Positions 61,761 to 64,000 of a DNA stretch of 64,000 bases are shown piece after piece. Positions within the stretch are counted from its first letter, which is position 1. Each line of letters begins with the position of its first letter. Source of the DNA: Ruditapes philippinarum. Taxonomy: Eukaryota. The DNA is taken from positions 62,001 to 126,000 of the forward strand of contig NW_026851848.1 in NCBI RefSeq assembly GCF_026571515.1, in the 5' to 3' direction. The translations under genes and the position numbers were made by a program. Under the pieces are notes generated by a model. It saw nothing but the letters and a program-made list of their open reading frames with translations, was not told the origin of the DNA and did not search any database.

Positions 61761-63500
61761 TCAATGTGATATCTTAAACTTTTGTAGTTTCATCTCACCT
61801 TCACCAGCGTTTGTTATTGCAAGAAATGATCTATCACGTGAGACACAAATTTTTTTTGGAAATATCATATCTATCTTGTACGATGACAAGATCTGACCAG
61901 TTTGTGATATCTGTACAATGCAGTCTGTTTCATTACTACAAACTAGGATAGTATCATAGGGACCAACTGCTACACCACACGGATCCTTTATCTGATCATC
62001 CTTCACCACGACTCTCGTGTTTGTCTTGACGTCATATATACAGACAGTATGCTCGGATCTATCTGTAAGCACCACTTTGTCACTGTTCCTTATGTAAGTA
62101 TAAGCATTTGTCGTCACAGAATATGACTTACTCGGAAAGTTGATATTGAAATCTTTCTCTTTTCCTGTAGATGATATTATACGTACAGGTGATGAATGAT
62201 TATTTGTCTCGCCGACGAAATATTTATCATCTTTATGACATATCGAGTAATATTTTGTTGTCACTTTGATTGTTCTATCTAAAGTTATATCATTAGATTT
62301 GTTAACACGTAGAATGTCTAACTTTAATGCACCACCACTTGTTATCGCTACTTCATCCTCAGATACAGCAACTACAGATTGTGGCGGGTAAGATAACTGA
62401 TATGATCCTACTTTCTTAAGCCTCTCATTGTAAACTAAACATTTCTCGTTTTTATTATCCACAGCAACAAGTCTACCATCAGGTAAGAAATCAATCCCTG
62501 CATACAATGGCTCTTTTTCTTTACTTCTTTTCTGCTTTAAATCAATTGAATTTACTAGTGTGGTTCTCATTGCCTTGTTAACAGGAGCAATAACTTTTGC
62601 TGTTTCTGATAGACAAAACTTTACAGACAATTGTCCTGGAACATAATCAGTGATTGGTAGAGGGGGAAGTTTTAATGTTTCATCAAAATCAAAGGTTACA
62701 GTCACGGTCTCTAAATCATGACATTCTGCACCGACGTTTGTGTGAAGAACATTGACGTCATTCTTCATCTTCTGCTCTACTATAAACTGTTGTACCAGGG
62801 ATCCGTTCTGATACACGTTGTCAATCGTTTCAAGACACGTTGCTATATCAGCTAGATATTTCTTGGTCTGTGACTGCTTCATTGTCAGCTTTTTTAATGT
62901 CTCATTTTGAAACATTTCAACGTGTTTAACAACGGAAATTTCCAACTCGTCAAACATTTTGATTACTTCATCCCGCATTCGCTTGATTTTAATTGGCATT
63001 TCTGTAATATCCTCATCAAGTTTCGCTTTTGATGAGACAATGCTGTCTACGATTATGTTAGCCTTCTGTCTCATTTCCTGCAATTTATTCTTTAAAGTTG
63101 AACCTCTGTAGGTTTTCCTTTCAACGACCTTCTGAATTTCCACAACGCTCTGACATTTACGATGATCAACAATAGCACAGGTACTGCAGCAGAGCAGATT
63201 CTCATCCTCGCAGAAGAATTTTAGAACTTCCTGATGTTGATAACATTGATCTAATCCTTTCATGTCAAACGAGCTTTGTTTTGTTTTCGCCTCATTCGCG
63301 TTCACTAACACGTGACTTCTTAAAAATGCGTGTGTGTTGTGAACGTTGGAACATTCCAAGCACTGAAATTCATCACACGTCGAACAAAACTTTTCCGCTA
63401 TCGTTTGTTTATCCTTACTTAAACATGGTTGACAAATTATTTGTTTTCCCTTCCCGGGAACTTCATATTTTTCTTTATAGATACACCCCTTCTCCGCCAT
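61761..63500 (-). CDS. RING-less TRIM-like protein: two B-boxes, coiled coil, NHL-like beta-propeller; single coding exon, 579 aa
   Basis: CQPC...FCSTCDEFQCLECSNVH...H; CYQH...FFCEDENLLCCSTCAIVDHRKC; helical middle; GIDFLPDGRLVAVD and PCGVAVGP repeats. Confidence 0.92.
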   Translation of the reverse strand: MAEKGCIYKEKYEVPGKGKQIICQPCLSKDKQTIAEKFCSTCDEFQCLECSNVHNTHAFLRSHVLVNANEAKTKQSSFDMKGLDQCYQHQEVLKFFCEDENLLCCSTCAIVDHRKCQSVVEIQKVVERKTYRGSTLKNKLQEMRQKANIIVDSIVSSKAKLDEDITEMPIKIKRMRDEVIKMFDELEISVVKHVEMFQNETLKKLTMKQSQTKKYLADIATCLETIDNVYQNGSLVQQFIVEQKMKNDVNVLHTNVGAECHDLETVTVTFDFDETLKLPPLPITDYVPGQLSVKFCLSETAKVIAPVNKAMRTTLVNSIDLKQKRSKEKEPLYAGIDFLPDGRLVAVDNKNEKCLVYNERLKKVGSYQLSYPPQSVVAVSEDEVAITSGGALKLDILRVNKSNDITLDRTIKVTTKYYSICHKDDKYFVGETNNHSSPVRIISSTGKEKDFNINFPSKSYSVTTNAYTYIRNSDKVVLTDRSEHTVCIYDVKTNTRVVVKDDQIKDPCGVAVGPYDTILVCSNETDCIVQISQTGQILSSYKIDMIFPKKICVSRDRSFLAITNAGEGEMKLQKFKISH

Positions 63501-63789
63501 TTTGAAAATAGAGTAAACTTATAGAGTGACTTGTTCAAATGGATAAAATATTAGTGTTCTACTTTGATAATGAGTGTACATGTATACGATATGAGGGTAA
63601 ACTTTAAACTGATAATCAAAATGTTAGCTACGATGTGAACAATTTCAATATTATATATTTTGAATGCGTTTTACGTACTAACTTACATGTATTGGGGTAT
63701 ATTTCAAGCAAAATGGTGATTCAGTTTTATCAATGTGATGCAGCATTTTTAAATGAAGTCGTAACGATCGTCAAATAAACTGGCGTCAC

Positions 63790-63935
63790 CAATAATGTTC
63801 AAAAGCGTTATAAATTAAGTTTCCAAAAATAATAAAATTTGTCTTGAATAATTCAGAAATGATTACATTTTGAGAATATTGAAAAGGGTTAAATGTCAAA
63901 ATTGACCGTTATGTTGGAACTGTCAAGTCACGGCT
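63790..63935. mobile_element. Right-end fragment of the 21774-23455 transposon family
   Basis: Homologous to 23303-23455 including a degenerate TIR. Confidence 0.65.
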
Positions 63936-64000
63936 ATTTGATATATCGACAAATGACTTTTCCTTATCAAAATTATTCATTTAAAATATGACCATCCTAA

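Overview
AT-rich, intron-containing eukaryotic DNA. The repeat families and gene types point to a bivalve mollusc, probably a venerid clam (inference). Host genes, reconstructed by hand from splice sites: (1) the first coding exon of an N-terminal SH3 protein (minus, 9.3 kb); (2) a complete 7-exon STIMATE/TMEM110 (plus, 13.9-24.2 kb); (3) three small Shisa/VOPP1/CYYR1-like single-pass membrane genes that the ORF track largely misses (38.6-40.4 kb minus, 49.9-53.3 kb minus, 53.8-56.9 kb plus); (4) an intronless B-box/coiled-coil/beta-propeller TRIM-like gene (61.8-63.5 kb, minus). The standout is a 7.2-kb Polinton/Maverick-type element at 42212-49414. It has AGTAGT...ACTACT termini, a 6-bp TSD (CCACCA) and very long TIRs (about 1.8-1.9 kb). 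Its 3.5-kb core carries only a TM-PC4-like gene, a C2H2-ZnF/packaging-ATPase fusion, an unknown ORF and an adenain-like protease; no polymerase, integrase or capsid gene is present. The remainder is a dense mosaic of MITEs (hAT-, Kolobok-, Sola2-, P- and Tc1-like), Helentron-type elements with tandem cores, tRNA-derived SINEs, a DIRS 3' fragment and minisatellites. No CRISPR array, rRNA or credible tRNA gene. Family assignments come from recalled motifs, not database searches.
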